Both the position numbers and the translations under genes were made by a program. The notes under the pieces were generated by a model. That model did no database searches. It was not told the DNA's origin and was given only the letters and a program-made list of their open reading frames with translations. From the NCBI GenBank assembly GCA_035941355.1, contig DASZDZ010000008.1, positions 16,388 through 80,387 of the forward strand: a DNA stretch of 64,000 bases, in the 5' to 3' direction. The stretch comes from Pseudaminobacter sp. Its GTDB lineage: Bacteria; Pseudomonadota; Alphaproteobacteria; Rhizobiales; Rhizobiaceae. Of this stretch, positions 26,924-36,225 are shown one piece after another. Position 1 is the first letter of the stretch. The number at the start of each line of letters is the position of its first letter.

Positions 26924-28135
26924 CTATCGCTGGTCCTCCAGCGTCGCCATGAGCAGCCCGAGGCGGCAACCTTTCTCGTACTCGGCAAGGTTCACATATT
27001 CCTTGATCGTATGGATCTCGGCCTGGCCGGCGCCGATGGTGATGGTGGGAATGCCGTGCTTGTCGAGCCAGTTGGCATCCAGTCCGCCATTGGAGAACAG
27101 ATAGGCCGGCTCGATGCCCAGCATCCCGAGCGCTTTGGCGGCGCGCTTCACGATCGGGCTTTCTTCGTCGAGCTTGAATGGCGGGTAGGACGCCACGTGG
27201 CTGAACTTGACCTCGGCGGATTCACCCTCGTGATCGACCACAGCCGCCTTTGCCTTGGCGAAGGCTTCCTTGTAGCCTTCGGCGATCGTGGTGGCGAAGG
27301 CCGCCTCCGGGCTGCGCGCCTCGCCCCGAATATAGGCATAGTCTGTGACGACGTTGGTGGCGTCGCCGGCGGCGACCTTGCCCTCCTTGCCGCCGAAGAT
27401 GCCGACGTTGCTGGTCCCGCGTCCATCCGGCTTGACGATCTTGCCGAACCAGCCGGCGCTCCGCGCTTCGGCGAGAGCGATGGCCCCGACCAGCGTTGCC
27501 GATATTCCCTTCTCCGGCGCGACGCCGGCATGGGAGGCCCTGCCCTTGATCTCGACCTCCCAGTTCTCCTGCCCGACCGCGCCGACGATCAGCTCCGAGG
27601 CGCGCTGGCCGTCGACATTGATGCACATGACCGGCCCGCCGAGATCCGCCGGGTTCAACTCGCGGGCGCCGTGCAGGCCGCTTTCTTCGCGGACCGTAAA
27701 CAGCAGCGTTATCGGCGGATGCGGGAGCTTGTGCTTGATGAGCGTCTCGGCAACGACGACGAGCAGAGCGACGCCCGTGCGGGCATCGCCGCCGAGCGCG
27801 GTGGTGCCGTCCGAAACGATGCGGTCGCCCTCGCGCCGGGGTTTTGCGCCGGCGCAGAGCGGCACGGTGTCGAGATGGGTGGAGAAAAGCAGGTGCGGTC
27901 CCGGCCGCGTGCCGGGCAGATCCACGATGAGGTTGCCGGTTTCGGTAGGCAAGGGGATACGCTTGTTTGCATCGTCGAAACGAATGGCCGAGGCCGGCAC
28001 GCCGGCCTTCTTCAGCGCATCGCTGACCGCGGCGGCGATGTTTGCCTCCTGCCCGGTCACGCCTTCGACTGAAAGGAACCGCATCAGGTGCTCTTCGGCA
28101 GCCGCGACATCAAGTGGAATTGCGGTGTTGCTCAT
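26924..28135 (-). CDS. M20 family metallopeptidase (PepT-like)
   Basis: Internal ATG 28135 preceded by GGAGGAGG. ..LLFSTHLDTVP.., ..GGDARTGVA.., ..FTVREESGLHGAREL.., ..GRASHAG... The upstream part of the 646-aa ORF is off-frame overlap with abgT. Confidence 0.85.
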   Translation of the reverse strand: MSNTAIPLDVAAAEEHLMRFLSVEGVTGQEANIAAAVSDALKKAGVPASAIRFDDANKRIPLPTETGNLIVDLPGTRPGPHLLFSTHLDTVPLCAGAKPRREGDRIVSDGTTALGGDARTGVALLVVVAETLIKHKLPHPPITLLFTVREESGLHGARELNPADLGGPVMCINVDGQRASELIVGAVGQENWEVEIKGRASHAGVAPEKGISATLVGAIALAEARSAGWFGKIVKPDGRGTSNVGIFGGKEGKVAAGDATNVVTDYAYIRGEARSPEAAFATTIAEGYKEAFAKAKAAVVDHEGESAEVKFSHVASYPPFKLDEESPIVKRAAKALGMLGIEPAYLFSNGGLDANWLDKHGIPTITIGAGQAEIHTIKEYVNLAEYEKGCRLGLLMATLEDQR

Positions 28136-28182
28136 GACCTCCTCCGATGTTCTAATTTCGTCCTGGGCCGGGCAACCAGCCG

Positions 28183-29733
28183 TCACAGACCCCAGGGCAG
28201 GCCCAGCGCTTTCCAGATCGCGAAGAGCGCCGTCCACAGCACGAACATCCACACGACATAGGGAAGCATCAGCGAGACGATCGTGCCGACGCCGGCCGAC
28301 TTGTCGTATTTCTGGGCAAAGCCGACGACGAGCGCGAAATAGGCGTTGAGCGGCGTAATTGCGTTCATCGGTGAATCGCCGACGCGGTAGGCAGCGAGCA
28401 CGGCCTCGGGCTCGACACCGAGCTTCATCAGCAGCGGGACGAAAACCGGCGCGAAGATCGCCCATTTCGCGATCGCCCCGGTCAGCAGCAAGTCGATGAT
28501 CGCCACAACGACGATGAAGCCGAGGAGCAGCGGCAATGCGCCGATATTGGCTGCTTGCAGGACACCCGACAGGCTGAGCGCCATGACTGTGCCCATGTTG
28601 GTGTAGGTGAAATAGGCGACGAACTGGCTCAGCACGAAGAACAGGAAGATCGTGCCGCCCATATTCTTGATCGACTTTTCGATCGCCCCGATCACCTCCG
28701 TCAGGGTCCGCAAAGTGCCGGCGCCGATGCCGTACGCCCAGCCGGTGACCAGGAACATCAGCACGACAAGGGTTATGAGGCCGTTCATGAATGGCGAACT
28801 GCCGATCAGTTCGCCGGTGGTCGGATTGCGCAGCGGCCCCCACGATGGGATCGTAAGAAAGCAAAAGACCACGATCAGGCCGAGCAGTCCGAGGCCGGCG
28901 AAGCGCAAGCCGCGCGACTCCTGCTCGCCAAGCATGGCGCTCTGGTCCGTCGTGGCGCCCTCGGAGGCGTTCTCGGGATTATAGGCTCCAAGGCGGGGTG
29001 CTATCATACGGTCGGTTATGAATGCGATGATGACCGTCAGGAACAGAACGGACGCAATGGAGAACCAGACGTTCGACGCCAGGCCGATCGATCTGTTGGG
29101 GTCGACGAGGGCGGCAGCATCATTGGTGAACTCGACGAGGACGGCGTCGAGCGGCTTGATCAGCATGTTGACGGTAAAGGCGCCGGCCACGGCGGCAAAG
29201 CCAAGCGCGAGGCCGGCCAAGGGGTGCCGCCCGACAGCGAGATAGGCAATGCCCGCGAGCGGGATCAGGACAAGGTAACCAGCATCGGCCGCTATGCTCG
29301 CGAGGATACCGACAAACGCCAAGATGTAGGTGAGCGCCCAGTGCGGCGAAACCGCGACGAGCTTGTGGATCAGCGCGGTGACAAGGCCCGACTCCTCGGC
29401 CACGCCGGCGCCGATCATGGCGGCGATCATCAAGCCCACGGCCGTAAAGGCCATGAAGTTGGGAACGAGCGATTCGTACATGAAGCGAATGCCGTCGGCA
29501 TTTAGCAGACTGCGGATCGCCGCGCTCGCTTCCTCGATCTCATGCGTGTCGGGATTGATGCGCTCGTAAGTGACCGCCGTTCCAAACGCGCCCAACACCG
29601 CTGACAACACGATTACGATGGCAATCAGGATAAGGAAGATGACCACCGGGTGGGGAACCATGTTTCCGACCCGCTCGACACGGTCGAGAAATCTCTGCAT
29701 CGAGGTTTTGGGCACAGCGTTCACGGTTGCCAC
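28183..29733 (-). CDS. AbgT family transporter (aminobenzoyl-glutamate/dipeptide type)
   Basis: 516-aa polytopic protein. N-terminus ..MQRFLDRVERVGNMVPHPVVIFLILIAIVIVLS.. is typical of AbgT. Followed by the M20 peptidase, as in abg-type loci. Confidence 0.9.
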   Translation of the reverse strand: MATVNAVPKTSMQRFLDRVERVGNMVPHPVVIFLILIAIVIVLSAVLGAFGTAVTYERINPDTHEIEEASAAIRSLLNADGIRFMYESLVPNFMAFTAVGLMIAAMIGAGVAEESGLVTALIHKLVAVSPHWALTYILAFVGILASIAADAGYLVLIPLAGIAYLAVGRHPLAGLALGFAAVAGAFTVNMLIKPLDAVLVEFTNDAAALVDPNRSIGLASNVWFSIASVLFLTVIIAFITDRMIAPRLGAYNPENASEGATTDQSAMLGEQESRGLRFAGLGLLGLIVVFCFLTIPSWGPLRNPTTGELIGSSPFMNGLITLVVLMFLVTGWAYGIGAGTLRTLTEVIGAIEKSIKNMGGTIFLFFVLSQFVAYFTYTNMGTVMALSLSGVLQAANIGALPLLLGFIVVVAIIDLLLTGAIAKWAIFAPVFVPLLMKLGVEPEAVLAAYRVGDSPMNAITPLNAYFALVVGFAQKYDKSAGVGTIVSLMLPYVVWMFVLWTALFAIWKALGLPWGL

Positions 29734-29895
29734 GACTTGCCTCCCTCAACAACGGTTTGGGCACGCTACAACAGGTAAATGGTCCTGAGCAGCTACTTTT
29801 TTCGAAGCTGGTTTATTTGCACGGAAACGACATTAGAGCGCAATACCAAAATCTGGCTTTCCGTCCCCAACCTGAATTCTGGAAGAGTTACAGCT

Positions 29896-29922
29896 AATAT
29901 TAAATATTACTAATGTAGTAAT
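29896..29922. promoter_or_regulatory. AT-only palindromes in a divergent control region
   Basis: AATATTAAATATT (29896-29908) overlaps ATTACTA-ATG-TAGTAAT (29906-29922, 7-bp perfect arms). Both lie within a roughly 190-bp AT-rich spacer between abgT and the beta-helix gene. Confidence 0.45.
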
Positions 29923-29980
29923 TATACCGGTTTCCTTTTGGAACCTGGCCCGGTGGTCCTAAGAGTACGCTTCCCTTCGC

Positions 29981-31861
29981 TTGTCGCCAACCTATAATGC
30001 GCGAATCTCGGCTTGCTGGAATGTTCGGATACGCGATTGCTGCGAAAGGAAACGATCAGATGAGCGATCTCGCTTTCATCGTCTTCTCGTCAGGGCCACG
30101 ATCCAGGAAAGCCTTGCGAAGGACGCTGGCCGCTTGAACGACAAAGCACAGGAAGCCGCAGCGGCCGTCACGGTCGCGTCGGGCCTCGCCGATTTTCAGC
30201 CGCTCAACCCAGCCGAGGCCAAGGTGTTTGCGGAACTGCGGTCTGGAGATTTCGAACGGCTGGGTGATGGCCTGCGCCCGGAGTGGGATGATCCTGCGAG
30301 AATCGTTCGCGCGGAGTTTATTCGCTTCCTCATTCTTGGTGGCGACGAAGGCTCCCGCTTGCACGAGAAGGGGTTGAGAATCAGCGGCGCTCGCGTGGTC
30401 GGAAAACTGGACCTTGAAGGTTGCCGCATCCCGCGCGACATCGGCCTCAAGGATTGTCTCTTCGACGCTGCTCCGGTGCTGCGCTCCGCGATCATCGACA
30501 ATCTTTTCCTGGACGGCTCGGCCTTTCCCGGCTTGCAAGCCGAACGGCTCGAGGCGCGCGGCGGTCTCGCGATCCGCAGCGCGAACGTGACCGGGCAAAT
30601 CCGACTTTCCGGGGCTCGAATAGGGGGCAACATCGAGGCAGATGGAGCCACGGTCGCGCTGCCGGACGAGGTGGCATTCCACGCCGACGGGTTGGAGGTC
30701 CGGGGAAGCATCCTGTTGCGCGGCGCGCATGTGCGCGGAGGTGTCAACCTCTCAGGGGCGCGGCTGGGCGCCGACGTCAATGCAACCGGCATCCGCATCG
30801 AGAGACCGGGTGAAGTCGCACTCGACGGCGAGGGCATCGCCGCACGCGGCGACATGGTCCTTAGAGGGGCGACAATCGCTGGCGAAGTGCGTTTATGGGG
30901 CGCCGATTTCGGCGGCAACGTTCATTGTGCCTCGGCAACGCTTGCTCAGCCTGGCGGTTATTGCATGCGGCTCAATCGCGCGAAGATAGACGGTGCATTT
31001 TTTCTTTTGGAGGGCGCCTCGGTCGATGGGGTGCTCGACCTGACCGCCGCGGCGATCGGCGCGATCCACGATGACGAAGCAAGCTGGCCCCAACGAGGTG
31101 ATCTGCTGCTCAACCGTTGTCGATACGGCGCCTTTATCGGCGGACCGGTTGACGCGGAAAGCAGGCTGAACTGGTTGGCGCGCCAGGTGCCCGAGCGATG
31201 GAAAGAGGATTTCTGGCCGCAACCCTACGAACAGCTTTCGACGGTGCTTCGAGACATGGGCCATGACGAGGACGCCCGCACCGTCCTCATCGCGAAGGAA
31301 CGGCTGCAGCGGCGAGCACGGCGGGCGCGCACAAAAAATCCGGCGTTGCGGATAGTATTGGCGGCAATCGACGGGATCCTTGCCGTGACCGTCCGCTACG
31401 GACGCCAGCCCCTGTACGCCTTTGTCTGGCTTATGCTGTTTTGGGTGATCGGAGCGGTGGTGTTTAACCTCGCCTATCGAAACGGCGCGCTCAAACCCAA
31501 CAGCCCGATAGTCCTGCGCTCTCTTGAATGGACACTGTGCGCCTTCGAACAGACCGACGGTCGCTACATGCCCTCGACCGGACAGGTCATGTCTGGACGT
31601 GCGACGGCCGGTGAGACCCAATTGTCCTGCTTCCTCAGTCAACCTGAATCAGCCAGCTATCCGGAATTCCACCCGTGGATGTATTCGCTCGACACGCTCC
31701 TGCCGGTGACCGAGCTAGGCCAGGGTGAATTCTGGCGCCCCGATCCTTCCAAACCGAAAGGCTGGGTCCCCCTGCACTACTATTTTTTCCAGTCGGTTAT
31801 CGGCTGGGCGCTGAGCCTGCTGGCGGTGGCGGGATTTTCGGGACTCGTCAAGTCGAGATAA
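29981..31861 (+). CDS. large beta-helix-repeat protein with C-terminal membrane anchor (unknown function)
   Basis: About 300 aa of degenerate short repeats (..GARVVGKLDLEGCRI.., ..GARIGGNIEADGATV.., ..GAHVRGGVNLSGARLGADVNATG.., ..GATIAGEVRLWGADFGGNVH..). C-terminal hydrophobic helices follow (LYAFVWLMLFWVIGAVVF, FFQSVIGWALSLLAVAGFSGL). The start is uncertain: TTG 29981 heads the ORF, and later TTG/GTG codons are possible. Confidence 0.7.
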   Translation: MSPTYNARISACWNVRIRDCCERKRSDERSRFHRLLVRATIQESLAKDAGRLNDKAQEAAAAVTVASGLADFQPLNPAEAKVFAELRSGDFERLGDGLRPEWDDPARIVRAEFIRFLILGGDEGSRLHEKGLRISGARVVGKLDLEGCRIPRDIGLKDCLFDAAPVLRSAIIDNLFLDGSAFPGLQAERLEARGGLAIRSANVTGQIRLSGARIGGNIEADGATVALPDEVAFHADGLEVRGSILLRGAHVRGGVNLSGARLGADVNATGIRIERPGEVALDGEGIAARGDMVLRGATIAGEVRLWGADFGGNVHCASATLAQPGGYCMRLNRAKIDGAFFLLEGASVDGVLDLTAAAIGAIHDDEASWPQRGDLLLNRCRYGAFIGGPVDAESRLNWLARQVPERWKEDFWPQPYEQLSTVLRDMGHDEDARTVLIAKERLQRRARRARTKNPALRIVLAAIDGILAVTVRYGRQPLYAFVWLMLFWVIGAVVFNLAYRNGALKPNSPIVLRSLEWTLCAFEQTDGRYMPSTGQVMSGRATAGETQLSCFLSQPESASYPEFHPWMYSLDTLLPVTELGQGEFWRPDPSKPKGWVPLHYYFFQSVIGWALSLLAVAGFSGLVKSR

Positions 31862-32003
31862 CTCCGGCATCTCGCTGGAGTTCGCATGTACCGCGAGGGC
31901 GCGGCCCACAAACCTTTTGAACCTTTTGAACGGAAATCACGTCCCGGATGTGTCGACAACGCAGTTGGCCCGGGCGCGCGTGCCAATGAGCGCACGACAT
32001 CCC

Positions 32004-32198
32004 TCAGGCGTTTTCGTTGCGTCTAACGATCTTCAATACCAGAAGGACCAGGCCAACAGCGATAAAGACGACACCCGCCACAATAAGCCAGTTAGACGTG
32101 GACCTGTAGCCTTCGGCGGCCAGCAGGAAGCCGAAAATGATCGCTACCAGAGCGCCGAGTTTGTTGATCAAAGGGTGAGTTTCACCGGAGACGGCCAT
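32004..32198 (-). CDS. small two-TM membrane protein
   Basis: ATG 32198 preceded by GGGAG. Product: MAVSGETHPLINKLGALVAIIFGFLLAAEGYRSTSNWLIVAGVVFIAVGLVLLVLKIVRRNENA. Confidence 0.5.
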   Translation of the reverse strand: MAVSGETHPLINKLGALVAIIFGFLLAAEGYRSTSNWLIVAGVVFIAVGLVLLVLKIVRRNENA

Positions 32199-32400
32199 AT
32201 CGAAACTCCCAGCATGAGTTGGCATCCACTGCGCAGAGTATCTCTCATGGAAGGGATAGTCGAGTTAACCTCGTAGCCGAATGCGCGGAGATAACTGACG
32301 CGCGCTTCCGGTGAGCGCGTGCGCCCGACGGCGGTGTGCAGCCAACGCCGGCGATGCCGCCGCGCTTGAGCTTCTGATCCAATCCGGACTAATCTGGTCC

Positions 32401-33129
32401 ATGCGTTGGTTCATCGCATTTCTGTTTTCATTGTTTACGCAGGCAGCCTTGGCACAAGACTGCGTGGTCCTGATCCACGGGCTGTCTCGCTCCGACGCTT
32501 CTTTCCTTCTGATGGAAGAGACGTTGAAGGCGTTCGACTTCGCCGTGGTCAACGAAACTTATCCATCGACCGGTGCTCCAATCGAAAAGTTGCTGGCGAA
32601 TATCGACGCGTCAGTCGCGATGTGCGGGGAGGTCGGTAAAATCCATCTCGTCACCCATTCGCTCGGCGGCATCGTGCTCAGGGCCTGGGTCGCGCAAGGT
32701 CGGCCTGACAATCTCGGCCGCGTCGTCATGCTTGGGCCGCCCAACCAGGGATCGGAAGTGGTGGACGCGCTCGGCGATCTCAGGATCTTCGAGTTCTTCA
32801 ATGGTCCGGCCGGCCTGCAGCTCGGCACCGGTCCTGACAGTGTCCCGAACACGCTCGGCCCCGCCGATTTCGAGCTGGGCATCATCGCCGGCGACCGATC
32901 GGTCAATCCTATACTGTCGACCATGTTCAACGGGCCAAACGACGGCAAGGTTTCGGTGGAAAGCACCAAGCTCGAAGGCATGGCGGACCATATAGTCCTG
33001 CCGACCACCCACACTTTCATGATGAACAATCCGCTGGTCATCGCGCAGGTGCTGAACTTCCTGCGCGACGGACATTTCGACCACGAGCTGACGCTGCGCG
33101 AATTGTTCCTGCGCGCCGTCCGGGATTGA
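32401..33129 (+). CDS. secreted alpha/beta hydrolase (lipase/PGAP1-like)
   Basis: Signal peptide [18 protein letters not shown]. ..[11 protein letters not shown].. and the nucleophile elbow THSLGG. Confidence 0.8.
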   Translation: MRWFIAFLFSLFTQAALAQDCVVLIHGLSRSDASFLLMEETLKAFDFAVVNETYPSTGAPIEKLLANIDASVAMCGEVGKIHLVTHSLGGIVLRAWVAQGRPDNLGRVVMLGPPNQGSEVVDALGDLRIFEFFNGPAGLQLGTGPDSVPNTLGPADFELGIIAGDRSVNPILSTMFNGPNDGKVSVESTKLEGMADHIVLPTTHTFMMNNPLVIAQVLNFLRDGHFDHELTLRELFLRAVRD

Positions 33130-33216
33130 AATGCAGGGCCGGCAGCAATTGGTCCGCGGCTCTGATTTTCACTTGTCGACATTTCCTGAAATGCCCTTGT
33201 CGGGGCGATGTGCTAA

Positions 33217-34524
33217 ATGGACTCGAGGGAGACCATGGTTCGCTTCATCATCATCCTCGGCCTGGCCGTCATCGGCATCACCGTCGCGCTGGCGTTCTAC
33301 CACCCGCCGATGCGGCTGATGCCGGCGCCGGAAGCCTTCCTCGACGGCGAGGTGAATGCCTTCACCGTCAATCCGACCTTGGCGCAGGATCCCCGGATCC
33401 CGCTTTTCTACGCCACCAACCGCCTGCCCGTGGGACCGCGCAGCAGCCGGCTCTACGCGGTGGTGCCAGGGCGCGACATGCATATGGGCGTGGCGACGAT
33501 CAGGATAGGCGAAGAAGGCACGACCTGGGACCGCATCTATGCCTGGTCGACCGGCGCCGGCGGCGACCGCAGACCTTTTCTCAACCTCGAGAACCTGAAC
33601 GAGCAGGCGAAATTCGAGACTGGCGAGCCGCTGACTGCCGAGGCCCTGGTATGGTTCGCGGACATAGAAGCGGTGCTGAAGCGCAGCCGCGACAGGGACA
33701 TCACCATCTATGTCCATGGCGCCAACACCACTGTCGAGCGCGCCGCTGGGCAGGCTGCGCAACTGCATCACTTCACCGGGCGGAATTCGGTCGTGGTGTT
33801 GTTCGCCTGGCCGACCGCCGAGAATTTCCTGCGCTATTCCCGAGACATGGTCACCGCATTCGGCGCCGCGCCGCATCTGGCGAAGCTGATCGAACTTCTG
33901 GCCGAAAACACCAGCGCCAAGAATATCGATGTCTTCACCTACAGCGCCGGCGGCACGGTCGGCAGCGACGCCCTGGCCATCGTCGGCCGCGACCCTGAGC
34001 AGCCGGATGCATCCACGTTCCGTATCGGCGAGGTCTATCACGCCGCCCCCGACGCCGATTTCCGAACCTTCGCCGACGATATGCGCCACTATGCCGACGA
34101 TGCGCGTCGGATCACGGTCGCCGTGAACATGAACGACAGCGCGCTCAGGCTGTCGCAGATCGTCAACCGCGCCTCGCGCGCCGGGCGGCCCGACATGCGC
34201 GAGCTTGACCCGGAAGCCACCGACTGGCTGCTTCAGGCGGCTGCGGATTACGGCCTCGAAGTTCTGCGCGTGCGGCCGGAGAACATTCCCGGCCTGTCGA
34301 ACCGGTCGCATACCTTCTGGTACGACGATCCCTGGGTAAGCAGTGACGTCCTGATTACGTTGCTTTTCCACCTTTCGCCGGACGAGCGCGGCCTGGCAAA
34401 GGGCGAAGGTCCTTCAGGGTCCTACTACTGGACATTCATGCCGGACTACCCGGAGCAACTGGCGAAGGTGATGGCACGGCTGCGGCAGGAGGGCGAGGTT
34501 CGGCCAGCTGCCGCGGCCCAGTGA
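33217..34524 (+). CDS. membrane-anchored alpha/beta hydrolase, DUF900-like
   Basis: N-terminal TM FIIILGLAVIGITVALAF. ..ITIYVHGANTTVERAAGQAAQL.., ..VVVLFAWPT.., ..IDVFTYSAGG... Alternative start ATG 33235, preceded by GGGAG. Confidence 0.7.
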   Translation: MDSRETMVRFIIILGLAVIGITVALAFYHPPMRLMPAPEAFLDGEVNAFTVNPTLAQDPRIPLFYATNRLPVGPRSSRLYAVVPGRDMHMGVATIRIGEEGTTWDRIYAWSTGAGGDRRPFLNLENLNEQAKFETGEPLTAEALVWFADIEAVLKRSRDRDITIYVHGANTTVERAAGQAAQLHHFTGRNSVVVLFAWPTAENFLRYSRDMVTAFGAAPHLAKLIELLAENTSAKNIDVFTYSAGGTVGSDALAIVGRDPEQPDASTFRIGEVYHAAPDADFRTFADDMRHYADDARRITVAVNMNDSALRLSQIVNRASRAGRPDMRELDPEATDWLLQAAADYGLEVLRVRPENIPGLSNRSHTFWYDDPWVSSDVLITLLFHLSPDERGLAKGEGPSGSYYWTFMPDYPEQLAKVMARLRQEGEVRPAAAAQ

Positions 34525-34726
34525 ACGTGAGCCGGTTCGGCAGGCGAAGCGGGAATGAGCAGCTGTTGCTGCGTGTCCGCGGCGATAATGTCTTCGCGAA
34601 CGGCCTTCCAGCGACGGCGGCGAGCGCGTAGAGCTCCGCCCTGGCCAATTCCGGTAACTGCCATATCCGCTCAGCCGGCCGTTTTGAGATTCGCAAAACG
34701 GCGCGAACGGCATAATTATCTTTGCC

Positions 34727-35401
34727 ATGAACAGAGAAGACACGAGTTCGACGCAGGGTTCCGCCAGCACCACGGCCACCGTCGCATTCGTGGACCTTGC
34801 GGGATTCAGCGCTATTGCGGACGTCTATGGAGACGCGTCCGCCATCGCCGTGCTCGAGATTTTCGAGAGCATGGTCCGCGAGGCGCTTCGTGGCTACGGG
34901 CCCCCGATCAAATGGATTGGCGATGAGGCGATGCTCTCGTTTCCCGAGCCGGAAATCGCGATCCAGGCGCTTGGAACGCTCTTGCAGGCATGCCGAAAAG
35001 AATCGCGCCTGCCGCTGACCCGGGCGGGGCTGAACCATGGACCGGTCATCCGCCGGGCGAACGACCTCTTTGGGTCGACCGTCAACATAGCGGCGCGCAT
35101 TGCGTCGCTTGCATCCGCCGGTCAATTGCTCGCCACTCAACCCATTGCCGAAGCAGCGGCAGCCAGAGGCATCCTGGTGCGGGATCTCGGAAACGTGGAG
35201 CTGCGATCGGTGGCGGGCAAAGTTCCTCTCTACGAGATCGAGCTTGCTCCGTCACCCGATCCTGCCTGGATCGATCCCGTGTGCAAGATGCATGCTCCGT
35301 ATGCATCCTACCGGCGGGCTGCCCCGGAAGGACCGTGGTTTTGCTCGCCGCTTTGCGAGGAGGCGTATCGGAAATCGCCGCAGACCTATCCGTTGCCTTG
35401 A
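34727..35401 (+). CDS. minimal class III adenylate/guanylate cyclase domain fused to a C-terminal YHS/TRASH-like zinc-ribbon
   Basis: Cyclase motifs VAFVDLAGFS, KWIGDEAML, RAGLNHGPV and FGSTVNIAARIASLA. C-terminus DPVCKMHA....WFCSPLCEEAY. Confidence 0.8.
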   Translation: MNREDTSSTQGSASTTATVAFVDLAGFSAIADVYGDASAIAVLEIFESMVREALRGYGPPIKWIGDEAMLSFPEPEIAIQALGTLLQACRKESRLPLTRAGLNHGPVIRRANDLFGSTVNIAARIASLASAGQLLATQPIAEAAAARGILVRDLGNVELRSVAGKVPLYEIELAPSPDPAWIDPVCKMHAPYASYRRAAPEGPWFCSPLCEEAYRKSPQTYPLP

Positions 35402-35494
35402 TACCGCGGTTCGCGGCAGCAAAATGCCACGAACCTTGTGCGGCGATCTCGGGAATCAGCTCGGAGCTGCGCCGAATGCCGGCGCCGCCCTCGC

Positions 35495-35944
35495 CTACTG
35501 CAGCATCGTCTTGACGATGCCGCTGGCCTTGCCGAAATCCATCTTGCCCGGGAACTTTTCCTTGAGCGCGTTCATGCAGCGGCCCATGTCGCGCAGGCCG
35601 TCGGCGCCGACCTCGTGAATGACCTGCTGGCAGGCCTGCTTCACGGCGTCTTCGCCGAGCTGCTTGGGCATGAAGCCGCGTATGATTGCGATCTCGTCGC
35701 GCTCCTGCGTGGCAAGCTCCAGCCGGTTGCCTTCCTCGAAGGCCTTGGCCGATTCTTCGCGCTGCTTCACCATCTTGGCCAGGATCTGCATGATCTCCTC
35801 GTCGCTGACGGGGTCCTTGCCCGCGCCGCGATTGGCGATGTCGCGATCCTGGATTGCCGCATTGATCAGGCGCAGGGTCGAGGTGCAGCGCTTGTCCTGG
35901 GCTTTCAGCGACGATTTGAGTGCCTGGGCGATTTGCTCGCGCAT
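35495..35944 (-). CDS. GatB/YqeY domain-containing protein
   Basis: MREQIAQALKSSLKAQDKRCTSTLRLINAAIQDRDI....MPKQL..DAVKQACQQVIHEVGA..LRDMGRCMNALKEKFPGKMDFGKASGIVKTML. Internal ATG 35944. Confidence 0.9.
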   Translation of the reverse strand: MREQIAQALKSSLKAQDKRCTSTLRLINAAIQDRDIANRGAGKDPVSDEEIMQILAKMVKQREESAKAFEEGNRLELATQERDEIAIIRGFMPKQLGEDAVKQACQQVIHEVGADGLRDMGRCMNALKEKFPGKMDFGKASGIVKTMLQ

Positions 35945-36225
35945 GGCGGAATCTCCTTTACCGGCGAGCGACAATAACGCCCGCGACCGATCAACGCAAC
36001 GCAATGTGGACCGCCAAGTTCCTGTTTTCCAAAGGAAAGTTTTTGGCTGTCCGTGCGCCCGCGTTCATTGACCGCTCGGCCGGCTTCGCTTATTGTCCGC
36101 GCCTTGCATGAACTGTTTTGCTATGCACGGGGCCATCGCGGCATCCCGTGCTTTTCGTTGCGCCATATGGCCCCTGGCGGGCCGCTTTGGCAGGGTTTCT
36201 GGACCGACCGACACGGAGCACCGCC

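Noticed and set aside
24298-26952. Several 400-580-aa ORFs in other frames or strands over the SLC13 permease (24298..25626, 24923..26665, 25663..26952)
   Set aside because: They are extremely Arg/Gly/His/Asp-rich, with no hydrophobic pattern or motifs. The 24934..26865 frame gives a coherent permease with TrkA-C inserts.
34727-35401. Pycsar/CBASS-like antiphage signalling system centred on the minimal cyclase
   Set aside because: No adjacent gene has a recognisable cyclic-nucleotide-binding, TIR, SAVED or pore-forming effector architecture. The neighbouring DUF900 hydrolase is on the same strand but about 200 bp upstream, and the downstream neighbour is a convergent housekeeping gene. The YHS fusion points to metal sensing instead. 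I kept this only as a low-probability idea inside the cluster finding.
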